Shown: piece after piece, positions 5,130 through 14,767 of the stretch
How positions within the stretch are numbered: position 1 is the first letter of the stretch
Layout of the letters: every line of letters starts with the position of its first letter
Source: Escherichia phage bumzen
Sequence record: MN850635.1
Length of the DNA: 64,000 bases
Direction: 5' to 3' (one strand)
Position numbers and translations under genes: made by a program
Notes under the pieces: model-generated
Databases searched by the model: none
The model's input: only the letters and a program-made list of their open reading frames with translations
What the model was told of the DNA's origin: nothing

Positions 5130-5687
5130 ATGAGATATTTGAAGTATGCTTCATGGATTTTCCTAGCTTTACTAGAGCCATTTGCAGCAACCCTAGCAGT
5201 CATCTTAGCACCTTTCGTAGTTCCATTCTATAGTGAGAAGAAAGGACACCTACCTTTTGGATTCAGATGGATGGAGACCTATGACAACCCGATTGATGGT
5301 GATAAAGGCCACGTTGAGAGATGGGCTAAGATTAGAAAGATTGGTAAGCTAGGTGTTTATATGCAAAGAGTCGGATGGCTCTGGAGAAACAAAGCTTATA
5401 ACTTCTCTTACCATGTATTAGGAAGAGATGTAAGAGATGTTACTAAGTGGAAAGGTAATATCAACGTAAGTTCTGACCCCGAAGATAATCAGACAGGTTA
5501 TCTCCTAATGTGGAACAGTAATGCTTGGGGATTATTCGCTTTTATCCCATCAATTAAAATCTTTGGTAAACAATTTTACTGGAGAATTTATATTGGATGG
5601 AAACTAAAAAGTGTTGTCCCAGAAGAAAGAGCATTCTCAAGGGAAAGAGTTATGTTGGCATTCTTTATTCATCCACTGAGAAAGTAA
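5130..5687 (+). CDS. hypothetical membrane protein
   Basis: 185 aa ORF after AAAGAGG; hydrophobic N-terminus WIFLALLEPFAATLAVILAPFVVPF; embedded in the tRNA array. Confidence 0.55.
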   Translation: MRYLKYASWIFLALLEPFAATLAVILAPFVVPFYSEKKGHLPFGFRWMETYDNPIDGDKGHVERWAKIRKIGKLGVYMQRVGWLWRNKAYNFSYHVLGRDVRDVTKWKGNINVSSDPEDNQTGYLLMWNSNAWGLFAFIPSIKIFGKQFYWRIYIGWKLKSVVPEERAFSRERVMLAFFIHPLRK

Positions 5688-5695
5688 AGATTTAA

Positions 5696-5771
5696 AGGGG
5701 ATTAGTTTACAAGGTTAAAACCTCGGTCTTTGAAATCGAAGAAGTTGGTTCAATTCCAACATCCCCCGCCA
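5696..5771 (+). tRNA. tRNA-Gln (anticodon TTG)
   Basis: Acceptor AGGGGAT/ATCCCCC (1-72 unpaired); D-stem GTTT/AAAC; anticodon loop CTTTGAA; G73; CCA encoded. Confidence 0.65.
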
Positions 5772-5773
5772 AT

Positions 5774-5852
5774 GCTCCATTACTCCAATTGGCAGAGAGG
5801 CCAGACTTAAAATCTGTGTTATGTATCGGTTCGAATCCGATATGGAGTACCA
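5774..5852 (+). tRNA. tRNA-Leu (anticodon TAA), short variable arm
   Basis: Acceptor GCTCCAT/ATGGAGT; D-loop AATTGGCAGA; anticodon stem CAGA/TCTG, loop CTTAAAA; A73; CCA encoded. Confidence 0.55.
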
Positions 5853-5857
5853 AATTT

Positions 5858-5933
5858 AGCGGTATAGCATAACTGGCAATGCAGCAGCCTCTGAAGCTGT
5901 CCTATTAAGGTTCAAATCCTTATGCCGCTGCCA
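5858..5933 (+). tRNA. tRNA-Gln (anticodon CTG)
   Basis: Acceptor AGCGGTA/TGCCGCT; anticodon stem CAGC/GCTG, loop CTCTGAA; G73; CCA encoded. Confidence 0.65.
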
Positions 5934-5964
5934 CTTCTAAGGATTCTTGCGAGAGTCCTTAAAT

Positions 5965-6040
5965 GTGGCCTTATCATAAACGGTAATGACCCATGCTGTG
6001 AACATGGTCTATACGGGTTCAAATCCCGTAGGTCACCCCA
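5965..6040 (+). tRNA. tRNA-His (anticodon GTG)
   Basis: Acceptor GTGGCCT/AGGTCAC; anticodon stem CCATG/CATGG, loop CTGTGAA; C73; CCA encoded; no encoded G-1. Confidence 0.7.
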
Positions 6041-6045
6041 ATTTA

Positions 6046-6122
6046 TAGTCCAAGTAGCTTATATGGTTAAAGCGCGTGTCTGAAAAACATGAGAAGAGGG
6101 TTCAAATCCCACTGGACTACCA
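6046..6122 (+). tRNA. tRNA-Phe (anticodon GAA)
   Basis: Acceptor TAGTCCA/TGGACTA; anticodon stem CGTGT/ACATG, loop CTGAAAA; T-loop TTCAAAT. Confidence 0.65.
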
Positions 6123-6138
6123 ATTTCAAAGGTGCTTA

Positions 6139-6873
6139 ATGAAAGAGATGACAGAACAAGGTAAGGAGATTTTTAATCTCTTAAAAACTGGTAAAGGGTT
6201 CTCTAACCCGCTTATTACTGGTGCAGCAGTTCTCGGTGGAACCGTAGCTGCTTCTACATCACTTGTAAGCTCTATTAGTTCTGTAACAGACCCTACAATG
6301 AAGGAGAAACTTGTTGCTGCTGGACTTACAACAGTCCTTCTAAACAGCTTTACAACAAGCCTTACAAGCACTACAGCAACTACTAAAACTCTGACAGACT
6401 ACGGTCAAAAATCTATTGATGAGTTTTCATCACGTATGCAGGTAGCAAAGGGGTATTCCAATGTTATGGGTGCAGCAGGAGAACAAGTTGGTTGTACACC
6501 ATTCAGTGGTATCATGGGTGTTGCTACAGAGTATGGTCAAAAAGCTATTGACATGATGAACAGTACACTAGATAGTGTTAATGGTGTGTTAAGTGACTTA
6601 CAAGATGCTATTGATAAGGGTCTTGATACTGTTTCTGATTTAGCTAACCAAGCTGTCAGTAAGATTAATGAAGGTATTTCAAAGATTACAGCTTATGCAG
6701 ATGAAGTTGTGCAGATGATTGAAGAAGAAGCTGCCATTATTGCAGAGTACCTTAAAACGAATATCAATGGGTTCTTAGCAGGTATCTTACCAGACTGGTT
6801 TGATGATGCTTGTAAAACTGGTGTAATTGACACTATTGCAACACCAGAAATGAAGAACGCATTACAGAAATAA
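6139..6873 (+). CDS. hypothetical Ser/Thr/Ala-rich protein
   Basis: ORF track 6076-6873 trimmed to ATG 6139 because the upstream part overlaps tRNA-Phe; 244 aa with a helical C-terminal half. Confidence 0.5.
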   Translation: MKEMTEQGKEIFNLLKTGKGFSNPLITGAAVLGGTVAASTSLVSSISSVTDPTMKEKLVAAGLTTVLLNSFTTSLTSTTATTKTLTDYGQKSIDEFSSRMQVAKGYSNVMGAAGEQVGCTPFSGIMGVATEYGQKAIDMMNSTLDSVNGVLSDLQDAIDKGLDTVSDLANQAVSKINEGISKITAYADEVVQMIEEEAAIIAEYLKTNINGFLAGILPDWFDDACKTGVIDTIATPEMKNALQK

Positions 6874-6874
6874 T

Positions 6875-6967
6875 GGAAGATTAACCCTAAAAGGTAAGGG
6901 AGCAGTTTGCTAAACTGCCAGTAGCTGAGAAATCGGTGTACCAGTTCAAGTCTGGTATCTTCCTCCA
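6875..6967 (+). tRNA. tRNA-Ser (anticodon GCT), long variable arm
   Basis: Acceptor GGAAGAT/ATCTTCC; anticodon stem GCAGT/ACTGC, loop TTGCTAA; long variable arm; T-arm ACCAG-TTCAAGT-CTGGT; CCA encoded. Confidence 0.7.
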
Positions 6968-6972
6968 ATTTT

Positions 6973-7048
6973 GAATCCGTGACAGAAATGGATATGTGCC
7001 TGTCTGCAAAACAGGTTTATAAGGGTTCAAGTCCCTTCGGATTCTCCA
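6973..7048 (+). tRNA. tRNA-Cys (anticodon GCA)
   Basis: Acceptor GAATCCG/CGGATTC; anticodon stem CCTGT/ACAGG, loop CTGCAAA; U73; CCA encoded. Confidence 0.7.
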
Positions 7049-7085
7049 AGTTATTTTACTCTCTCTCAATTAAAATAATAATAAT

Positions 7086-7145
7086 GCCCTGCTATAAGTA
7101 TTCTTCCTTTCGCTACCGAAGAGTATTTTTAGACAGGGCTTTTTT
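7086..7145 (+). terminator. terminator-like hairpin with large loop at the end of the tRNA array
   Basis: GCCCTG (7086-7091) pairs with CAGGGC (7134-7139), followed by TTTTTT. Confidence 0.4.
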
Positions 7146-7210
7146 ACAGAGTTATACTTTATAGGAAGACTTATACAGTATGTCTCTGACGTACATTGTG
7201 GTTTCTCCTT

Positions 7211-7234
7211 GACGGTCTCCGTGCCGTCTTTTTT
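7211..7234 (+). terminator. rho-independent terminator
   Basis: GACGG-tctccgtg-CCGTC followed by TTTTTT. Confidence 0.6.
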
Positions 7235-7270
7235 AAGGGGAAACAAGATTAATTATTTGGAGAAAACATA

Positions 7271-7471
7271 ATGAGCGAGAACGTTTATAAAGAACTTTAT
7301 GAAGCTAACAAGAAGTTAGAGTTTATGCAGAATACTATCATGGCAATTGCAGATAGATTATCTGTAGCAACAGGTATTGATATTAAAGAAGCATCTATGG
7401 ATGCACTTCTTGATGCTGTTGATGCAAAGTTCGAAGTTAAGAAAGAAGAGACTGCTACAGACTCTGAATAA
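7271..7471 (+). CDS. hypothetical small protein upstream of terminase
   Basis: 66 aa ORF with RBS-like GGAGAAAA; helical and acidic. Confidence 0.45.
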   Translation: MSENVYKELYEANKKLEFMQNTIMAIADRLSVATGIDIKEASMDALLDAVDAKFEVKKEETATDSE

Positions 7472-7477
7472 TTCTAT

Positions 7478-9094
7478 TTGCGGAGGTGCTTAATGGACTT
7501 AAATGCTGTTAAGCAGAAGCGAGTGGAAGATGTTAGGAAAGTCCTAGCTGGAGAGTTGGGGCTTTCTGATGAAGTAAAAGAAATTATCAAATCATTCGGT
7601 AAAGACCCCTCTAAATTCCTTCCAACTCAAATTCTGACTTTATTAAGATACACACCAGACCAAGTTCGCCTTATCTTTAAATTGATGACTGATAAGAACT
7701 ATGTAGCCCCTCAGCCGGGTTCTCAAGAGGTCTTTTTAAATACTAATGCTGACTTGGTTCTCTATGGTGGTGCTGCTGGTGCTGGTAAAACTGCTGCATT
7801 GTTAATGGACTCTTTAAGGTTTATTGAAGACCCTAACTATAATGCTGTATATTTCCGTCGAAATACAACACAGTTACAAGGTGGTTTATGGCCTGCTGCA
7901 AAGAAACTATTTGGTAAGTTTGGTGGGGTTCCTCACGAGCAGAAAATGACTATCACATTCCCTTCTGGGGCGACTATCAAGTTTACCTACCTAGAACTTG
8001 AAAAGCACGCTGAAGGTCATCAGGGTATTGAATACTCAGCTATTTACTTTGACGAAGGTACACACTTCTCTGCTTCACAGATTTCATACCTACAAACCCG
8101 TCTACGTTCTGGTGCTGAAGGTGATTCATACATGAAGATTTCTATGAACCCAGACAGAGACCACTTTATTTACGATTGGGTAGAACCTTTCTTAGATGAA
8201 GAAGGTTATCCAGACCCTGAAAAGTGTGGTCGTATTCGTTGGTATGTAATGAATGATGGTGTGATGGTTTCTGATTGGGAGAGAGACAAGATTCTTGAAA
8301 TGTTCCCTCTTGAGATTCCTCAAACATACACCTTTATCTCTGGTACGATTGATGATAACCCAATCCTTGACTTCTTAGAACCTAAGTACCGTGGTAAGTT
8401 GGAAAACAACACTCCTGTAAACGTTGCAAGACTTCGTTTTGGTAACTGGAAGGCTCGTGCAGAAGGTTCAAACTATTGGCAAAGACAATGGTGTGAAATT
8501 GTTGATTCACTCCCAGAAGATGTATTTGATGTTAGAGCATGGGACTTAGCAGCAACTTTACCATCTGAGATTAACCCTAATCCGGACTGGACAGCAGGTG
8601 TTAAGATGGGTAAATCTAAAAAAGACGGTTGCTATTATATCATTGATGTAGTAAGATTTAGAGATAGACCCTCTGGAGTCGAAACACAAATTAATTTGAC
8701 TGCTGAAAGTGACGGTAAGCGAACTGGTATTTTTATCCCTCAAGACCCAGGCGCTGCTGGTAAATCCTACGCAACATCCCTCATCAGGAAACTTGCCGAG
8801 AAAGGCTATCGTGCAAGAGCTAAACCAACAAATAAAGATAAAGTTACCCGATTTGCGGGGTTTTCTGCTGCTTCTGAAGCTGGACTTGTAAAAGTTTTGA
8901 GAGGTAGTTGGAACGAAGCTTATTTCCAAGAGCTTGAAGGCTTTTGTGGTGATGGCAAAACTAAAGATGACCAAGTGGATGCTACCAGTGATGCTTTCAA
9001 CAGTCTTAACGAAGTTAAATTATTCAAGCCACCATCAATGGGTGCTCACACAGACTTAGTGAGAGGAAACCCATATGAGGGGCTTAGACGTTGA
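7478..9094 (+). CDS. terminase large subunit
   Basis: 538 aa; Walker A LYGGAAGAGKTAALL; sits immediately before the portal gene. Confidence 0.85.
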   Translation: MRRCLMDLNAVKQKRVEDVRKVLAGELGLSDEVKEIIKSFGKDPSKFLPTQILTLLRYTPDQVRLIFKLMTDKNYVAPQPGSQEVFLNTNADLVLYGGAAGAGKTAALLMDSLRFIEDPNYNAVYFRRNTTQLQGGLWPAAKKLFGKFGGVPHEQKMTITFPSGATIKFTYLELEKHAEGHQGIEYSAIYFDEGTHFSASQISYLQTRLRSGAEGDSYMKISMNPDRDHFIYDWVEPFLDEEGYPDPEKCGRIRWYVMNDGVMVSDWERDKILEMFPLEIPQTYTFISGTIDDNPILDFLEPKYRGKLENNTPVNVARLRFGNWKARAEGSNYWQRQWCEIVDSLPEDVFDVRAWDLAATLPSEINPNPDWTAGVKMGKSKKDGCYYIIDVVRFRDRPSGVETQINLTAESDGKRTGIFIPQDPGAAGKSYATSLIRKLAEKGYRARAKPTNKDKVTRFAGFSAASEAGLVKVLRGSWNEAYFQELEGFCGDGKTKDDQVDATSDAFNSLNEVKLFKPPSMGAHTDLVRGNPYEGLRR

Positions 9095-9101
9095 TAGCTA
9101 G

Positions 9102-10577
9102 GTGAGAAGAATGGCAGATATTACAGAAACACAAGAAAGCTTACCACCATTTAGAATGGGTGAAGTAGGTTCTTTGGGTCTGAAGGTTAAGAATGGAAGA
9201 ATCTATGAAGAACCTCGTCAGGCACTAAGGTTCCCTGAAAGTATTAAAACTTTCCAATTAATGATGCGTGACCCTGCTGTAGCAGCATCTGTAAATATTA
9301 TTAAGATGTTTGTCAGAAAAGTCAACTGGAGATTCGTACCTCCAAAGGGAAAAGAGCAAGACCCTAAAATGCTTGAAAGAGCAGACTTCTTTAATTCTTT
9401 AATGGATGACATGGAGCATGATTGGGCAGATTTTATTAACTCTGTAATGTCATTCTGCACTTATGGGTTCTGTGTTAACGAGAAAGTTTATAAGAAGCGT
9501 CAGGGTAAAAAAGGAAAGTACCAGTCAAAATTTGATGATGGTCTAATTGGATGGGCTAAATTACCAATCAGAAACCAATCAACACTTGATAAGTGGTATT
9601 TTGACGAAGACTTTAGAAAAGTTACTGGTGTTAGACAGAATCTGAGAAATGTTTCACATATTGCTGGAGCAATTAATCTTGGAGAAAGACCACTAACAAG
9701 AAAACTTCCACGAGCTAAATTCATGCTGTTCAAGTATGACGATGAATATGGAAACCCAGAAGGTCGTTCACCATTACTTAATGCTTATGTACCGTGGAAA
9801 TATAAAGTACAGATTGAAGAGTACGAAGCTGTTGGTGTTTCAAGAGACTTGGTTGGTATGCCAAAGATTGGTTTACCACCGGACTATCTGGATGAGAATG
9901 CAGAACCTGAAAAGAAAGCTTTCGTACAATACTGCAAAACTGTTGTTAATGATATGATTGCTAATGATAGAGCAGGTTTAATCTGGCCTAGATATATCGA
10001 CCCAGATACTAAAGAGGATATTTTCGAGTTCTCATTAGTATCTAGACAGGGTGCTAAAGCATATGATACAGGTTCTATTATTGACAGATATTCTAAGCAG
10101 ATTATGATGGCATTTATGTCAGATGTTCTTGCTATGGGTCAGTCAAAATACGGTTCATTCTCTCTTGCAGATTCTAAGACAAGCTTACTAGCGATGTCAG
10201 TAGATATTCTGCTTAAGCAAATTAAGAACGTAATTAACCGCGACTTAGTTGCACAGACTTATGCTCTTAATATGTGGGATGATGAAGAACATGTACAAAT
10301 CACATATGATGATATCGAAACTCCAGACCTTGAAGCAATTGGTTCTTATATCCAGAAGACTGTTGCAGTAGGTGCTTTGGAAGTTGACAAAGAGCTATCT
10401 AACAAGCTTAGAGAGCATATTGGTCTTCCTCCTGCTGATGAGTCTCAGCCAGTATCTGAAAAGCTTTCTCCAAATAGTCAAAGCCGTTCAGGAGATGGTT
10501 ATAAGACCGCTGGAGAAGGTACTGCAAAGACACCTTCAGCGAAAGACCCAAGCACAGCAAATAAGGCAAATAAATAA
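9102..10577 (+). CDS. portal protein
   Basis: 491 aa ORF directly after terminase; acidic and Gly-rich C-terminus. Confidence 0.65.
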   Translation: MRRMADITETQESLPPFRMGEVGSLGLKVKNGRIYEEPRQALRFPESIKTFQLMMRDPAVAASVNIIKMFVRKVNWRFVPPKGKEQDPKMLERADFFNSLMDDMEHDWADFINSVMSFCTYGFCVNEKVYKKRQGKKGKYQSKFDDGLIGWAKLPIRNQSTLDKWYFDEDFRKVTGVRQNLRNVSHIAGAINLGERPLTRKLPRAKFMLFKYDDEYGNPEGRSPLLNAYVPWKYKVQIEEYEAVGVSRDLVGMPKIGLPPDYLDENAEPEKKAFVQYCKTVVNDMIANDRAGLIWPRYIDPDTKEDIFEFSLVSRQGAKAYDTGSIIDRYSKQIMMAFMSDVLAMGQSKYGSFSLADSKTSLLAMSVDILLKQIKNVINRDLVAQTYALNMWDDEEHVQITYDDIETPDLEAIGSYIQKTVAVGALEVDKELSNKLREHIGLPPADESQPVSEKLSPNSQSRSGDGYKTAGEGTAKTPSAKDPSTANKANK

Positions 10578-11077
10578 TGGCTGAAGTTATCTCTATTTCA
10601 AATGCTACACGAGTGCATTCGTATAGAGGTGTTCTTATTATCACTGACAAATTATCTGTAGAGGCTGGCTCAAGGGTCAGCCTTTCAGGTTATGTAAGTG
10701 ATGGTGGAACCTCTGACGTTTTCACTATTTGCAGGTTACTTGATGCACCAATGAGTGGAAAACCGTTTATTTTAGGAAATTGTAGTGAAATTGTTAAAAT
10801 TCCATTTGACAGTTCATGCCTTTTGGGTGTAAAGTTATATAACTGCGAGAATAAACGTATCAATGTTAATAGCATTGAAGCCGCTTTCATTACCCTCGAC
10901 ACTGCATTTCAATCTCCAATGACAGTTAATAAAGAAACAAACAGACTTGAATACATTTTTTCACAAAATGATTACAAAGTACTTGTCAAAGGCAAAGTAT
11001 ATGATATGATTGTAAATGTGGTAGATGAATCTGGTAACCATTCAACAGTCCTTAAACAAAAAGTAAGGTTTAATTAA
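10577..11077 (+). CDS. hypothetical head-associated protein
   Basis: 166 aa ORF between portal and protease. Confidence 0.45.
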   Translation: MAEVISISNATRVHSYRGVLIITDKLSVEAGSRVSLSGYVSDGGTSDVFTICRLLDAPMSGKPFILGNCSEIVKIPFDSSCLLGVKLYNCENKRINVNSIEAAFITLDTAFQSPMTVNKETNRLEYIFSQNDYKVLVKGKVYDMIVNVVDESGNHSTVLKQKVRFN

Positions 11078-11409
11078 TGGGAACATTAACTATTGATGGT
11101 AAGAATAAAATCCTCGCCACGCTAACCCCAACGACTATTATTTTACACAATGTAGACCCAACGGCAGACCCTACAGCAAATAAGGTTACTCAGCCAGTGG
11201 CTATTTATTTTTCTGAACCGGATAATGGCTTAATTGCCTCAGAAGATACAGTTAATATTACTGTTCCAGCTTCTGCAACGGTCTCACACTATAGCTTGTG
11301 GGATGCTAACGATAAATGCGTGGCAACTGGTGCTCTTAGCAAACCTCAATTCTTTGCTGAAGAAGGTATCTATGTTATCTTTTCAGTCTCTGTAGATTTA
11401 AACAAATAG
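11077..11409 (+). CDS. hypothetical protein
   Basis: 110 aa ORF; start overlaps the upstream stop. Confidence 0.45.
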   Translation: MGTLTIDGKNKILATLTPTTIILHNVDPTADPTANKVTQPVAIYFSEPDNGLIASEDTVNITVPASATVSHYSLWDANDKCVATGALSKPQFFAEEGIYVIFSVSVDLNK

Positions 11410-11420
11410 GGTGAGTAAAA

Positions 11421-12767
11421 ATGAGTTCGAATATCTTCAGACTTGCTGATAGATTATTCAACCAACCTTTACTAGCCACTGAATCATTAGCTCACTCAGC
11501 AGCAACTTATGTGAATAACAGATTGCTGGGTGATGTCCAAGCAGCAGTAAACTTTGATAAACCCAAAGGTGACGCAAGAAGTCTTTTAAAAGTAAAAGAT
11601 GACATTGCTATTATCCCTATTATGGGTGGTTTAACCCATCGTATGACATTCATTGATGCAATGTGTACAGGTGGATTAAGCTCTTATGAGGGTTTACGTA
11701 GAGGCTTTGACGAAGCTTTAGCAGATGAGTCAATTAAGACTATTGTTCTGCATATTGATTCTGGTGGTGGTGAAGCTTCAGGTTGCTTTGAATTAGCACG
11801 TCACATCATGGCTTCAAGAGGCCAAAAGAAAATTATTGCTTATGTAGATGAGTTCGCTTGTTCCGCTGCATATGCTCTTGCATCTTCTGCTGAAGAAATT
11901 ATTGCATCACCAGATGCAGATGTTGGTTCTATTGGTGTAATCATGGTTCATCAGGAATTAACTAAGGCATTTGAAAAGAATGGCGTAACAATTAACGTCA
12001 TCAAAGCTGGTGAGTTTAAAGGTATGGGTTCACCATTCCAAGCACTTTCAGAAGAAAGCAAAGAAAGACTTCAAAAGAGAATTAATGATACCTACGCAAC
12101 CTTTACAGGTTTTGTAGCTGAATCTCGTAATCTCTCTGAAGAAGCTGTAAAGAATACTGAGGCGAATGTTTATTCTGCTCAGGAAGCTCTTGAACTTGGT
12201 TTAATTAACTCAATCATGTCTCAAGATGATTTCTTAAATTACTTACAAGGTTCTGAAGAGGCTCCTGTAAGTTTAAACGTTAACAATTCAGGTGAAGAAA
12301 TGACTGAACAAGAAAAGCAAGAACTAGAAGCTTTGCGTCTTCAGGTTGCTCAAATGAAAGCTAAAGAACAGGAAGCTGCTTTGTCAGATTTGACTAATAA
12401 GATTTCTGCTTCTGCTGAAGCTTTTGGGTTTGATGCAAAAGAAGCTGCAACGACTATTTTAGGTGCTGGTCTTGATAACCCTCTGAGTGTTCTGTTTATG
12501 AATGCTATGGAAGGTGCTAACCAGAAACTTAATGAAACTATCGCGTCCCATGCTTCTGCAATGGAAGAAAAAGAATCAGAAATTACCAAGCTGAAAGAAA
12601 CTGCTGGTGCTGTTCTTGAACATTCCAACGCTATGGAAGAAGTGGGTAATGACGGCGAAGCTGATTTGGTTGAAGAAGAAAAAGAACCAGCTAAAAATGC
12701 TTCCGAAGACACCGCTGAACAACGCAAACTGGCTCTCCAGAATGCTCTAAAATCTCTTATCAAATAA
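11421..12767 (+). CDS. prohead protease (S49/ClpP-like) fused to a scaffold-like helical domain
   Basis: 448 aa; motif LHIDSGGGEASG; C-terminal half rich in Ala/Glu/Lys/Gln. Confidence 0.7.
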   Translation: MSSNIFRLADRLFNQPLLATESLAHSAATYVNNRLLGDVQAAVNFDKPKGDARSLLKVKDDIAIIPIMGGLTHRMTFIDAMCTGGLSSYEGLRRGFDEALADESIKTIVLHIDSGGGEASGCFELARHIMASRGQKKIIAYVDEFACSAAYALASSAEEIIASPDADVGSIGVIMVHQELTKAFEKNGVTINVIKAGEFKGMGSPFQALSEESKERLQKRINDTYATFTGFVAESRNLSEEAVKNTEANVYSAQEALELGLINSIMSQDDFLNYLQGSEEAPVSLNVNNSGEEMTEQEKQELEALRLQVAQMKAKEQEAALSDLTNKISASAEAFGFDAKEAATTILGAGLDNPLSVLFMNAMEGANQKLNETIASHASAMEEKESEITKLKETAGAVLEHSNAMEEVGNDGEADLVEEEKEPAKNASEDTAEQRKLALQNALKSLIK

Positions 12768-12778
12768 GGAACACAATA

Positions 12779-13156
12779 ATGGCATATCAAGGTTTTACTA
12801 AGTTAGGTAACAGAGAACCTCTGAATGATATCATTCTTTGGGAACAGATTACCCCAACAGGCCACTCTCGTAAAGAGTACACTCCAGTTGCTTCAACAGA
12901 ATACCGTGTAGGTGAAGTTCTGAAAGCAGATGGTACTAAGGTACAAGCTGGAGAAGAAGCCCAAGCAGACTCTGTATGTATCGTTAACTTCTACGCAGAC
13001 CTACAACTATCTTATCATGGTCAGTTGAAAGTCGTTGGTATTTACCGTGACGCAGAACTAAAAGACCTGCTTACTCTTGAATCAGGTGTTGATGCTGATG
13101 CAGTCAAGACAGCTCTGGCTGCTAAAGGTATTGATTTCGTACCAACTGGCCTGTAA
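12779..13156 (+). CDS. head decoration-like protein (hypothetical)
   Basis: 125 aa ORF immediately upstream of the major capsid gene. Confidence 0.4.
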   Translation: MAYQGFTKLGNREPLNDIILWEQITPTGHSRKEYTPVASTEYRVGEVLKADGTKVQAGEEAQADSVCIVNFYADLQLSYHGQLKVVGIYRDAELKDLLTLESGVDADAVKTALAAKGIDFVPTGL

Positions 13157-13189
13157 TAACAATAATAAGACATTCTGGAGAATTTTACA

Positions 13190-14296
13190 ATGTTGACTAA
13201 TTCTGAAAAAAGCAGATTTTTCCTTGCTGACCTGACTGGTGAAGTCCAGTCTATCCCAAATACTTATGGGTATATTTCCAACTTAGGTCTGTTCCGTTCA
13301 GCACCAATCACCCAAACTACTTTCCTTATGGACTTGACTGATTGGGATGTTAGCTTGCTTGATGCGGTAGACCGTGATAGCCGTAAAGCAGAGACTAGCG
13401 CACCTGAGCGTGTTCGTCAAATCAGCTTCCCAATGATGTACTTCAAAGAAGTTGAAAGCATTACTCCTGATGAGATTCAGGGTGTACGTCAGCCAGGCAC
13501 TGCAAACGAACTGACTACTGAAGCTGTAGTACGTGCCAAGAAGCTGATGAAGATTCGTACCAAGTTTGATATTACTCGTGAGTTCCTGTTTATGCAAGCT
13601 CTGAAGGGTAAAGTTGTTGATGCTCGTGGTACTCTGTACGCTGACCTGTACAAACAGTTCGACGTTGAGAAGAAGACTATTTACTTCGACCTTGACAACC
13701 CTAATGCTGACATCGACGCTTCTATTGAAGAACTGCGTATGCACATGGAAGACGAAGCTAAGACTGGCACTGTAATCAACGGTGAAGAAATTCACGTAGT
13801 TGTTGACCGTGTATTCTTCAGCAAACTGACTAAGCACCCTAAGATTCGTGACGCCTATCTTGCACAGCAGACTCCACTGGCTTGGCAACAGATTACTGGT
13901 TCTCTGAGAACTGGTGGTACTGACGGCGTTCAGGCTCATATGAACACCTTCTACTACGGTGGTGTTAAGTTTGTCCAGTACAACGGTAAGTTCAAAGACA
14001 AGCGTGGTAAGGTTCACACTCTGGTGAGCATTGATAGTGTAGCAGACACTGTTGGTGTTGGTCATGCTTTCCCTAACGTATCTATGCTTGGTGAAGCTAA
14101 CAACATCTTCGAAGTTGCATACGGTCCATGTCCTAAGATGGGTTACGCAAATACACTTGGTCAGGAACTGTATGTATTCGAATACGAAAAAGACCGTGAC
14201 GAAGGTATTGACTTCGAAGCTCACTCTTACATGCTGCCATACTGTACTCGTCCTCAGTTGCTGGTAGATGTTCGCGCTGATGCTGAAGGCGAATAA
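13190..14296 (+). CDS. major capsid protein (HK97-like)
   Basis: 368 aa ORF after protease/scaffold with strong RBS context. Confidence 0.75.
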   Translation: MLTNSEKSRFFLADLTGEVQSIPNTYGYISNLGLFRSAPITQTTFLMDLTDWDVSLLDAVDRDSRKAETSAPERVRQISFPMMYFKEVESITPDEIQGVRQPGTANELTTEAVVRAKKLMKIRTKFDITREFLFMQALKGKVVDARGTLYADLYKQFDVEKKTIYFDLDNPNADIDASIEELRMHMEDEAKTGTVINGEEIHVVVDRVFFSKLTKHPKIRDAYLAQQTPLAWQQITGSLRTGGTDGVQAHMNTFYYGGVKFVQYNGKFKDKRGKVHTLVSIDSVADTVGVGHAFPNVSMLGEANNIFEVAYGPCPKMGYANTLGQELYVFEYEKDRDEGIDFEAHSYMLPYCTRPQLLVDVRADAEGE

Positions 14297-14317
14297 TATT
14301 CTTAAGGAGGGTTATGA

Positions 14318-14767
14318 ATGTGTTATACAGGCGACCCAGCCAATAACCCTCTTGATAGAGTAAGAATCCTCTGCACAGACACCAATAATGATGAAATTCT
14401 TATTGAACAGTCTGTGCTAGAGTGGTTCTATCTAGAATCTGGAAAGGATGAAAAGAAAGCAGCCATCAAAGCTCTTAAATATTTACTCTTTCAAGTAGCC
14501 AAGATGGGAGATGAGAAGGTTGGTGGTGTTTATTTACGTAACTCTTCCAGATTCAAGTCTCTGAAAGCTGTTTATGACGACCTTGTTAAAAGCTCTGTTT
14601 CAGGACTACCCTATGCAGGTGGTATTAATCAGTGTGATATTGACATGCGTCGTCAGAATCCTTGCTCTGTCAAGAAATACACAGAATATGGTGATGCTGC
14701 CAGATACGAAGGCAGAGATTACTGCAACCGTGTTAATGGCGTATTTATTATCGAGCGAGATGAATAA
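14318..14767 (+). CDS. head-tail connector/completion protein (hypothetical)
   Basis: 149 aa ORF after RBS AAGGAGG; position between capsid and tail genes. Confidence 0.4.
   Translation: MCYTGDPANNPLDRVRILCTDTNNDEILIEQSVLEWFYLESGKDEKKAAIKALKYLLFQVAKMGDEKVGGVYLRNSSRFKSLKAVYDDLVKSSVSGLPYAGGINQCDIDMRRQNPCSVKKYTEYGDAARYEGRDYCNRVNGVFIIERDE

Noticed and set aside
6076-6138. Upstream part of ORF 6076-6873
   Set aside because: It overlaps tRNA-Phe (6046-6122); the CDS was trimmed to ATG 6139.
13298-14224. 308 aa ORF on the - strand inside the major capsid gene
   Set aside because: It lies entirely antisense to a gene with strong coding context and has low-complexity composition; treated as a shadow ORF. 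The same applies to the other short antisense ORFs inside large genes (for example 8558-8974, 12350-12790, 25665-26192, 61355-61849).
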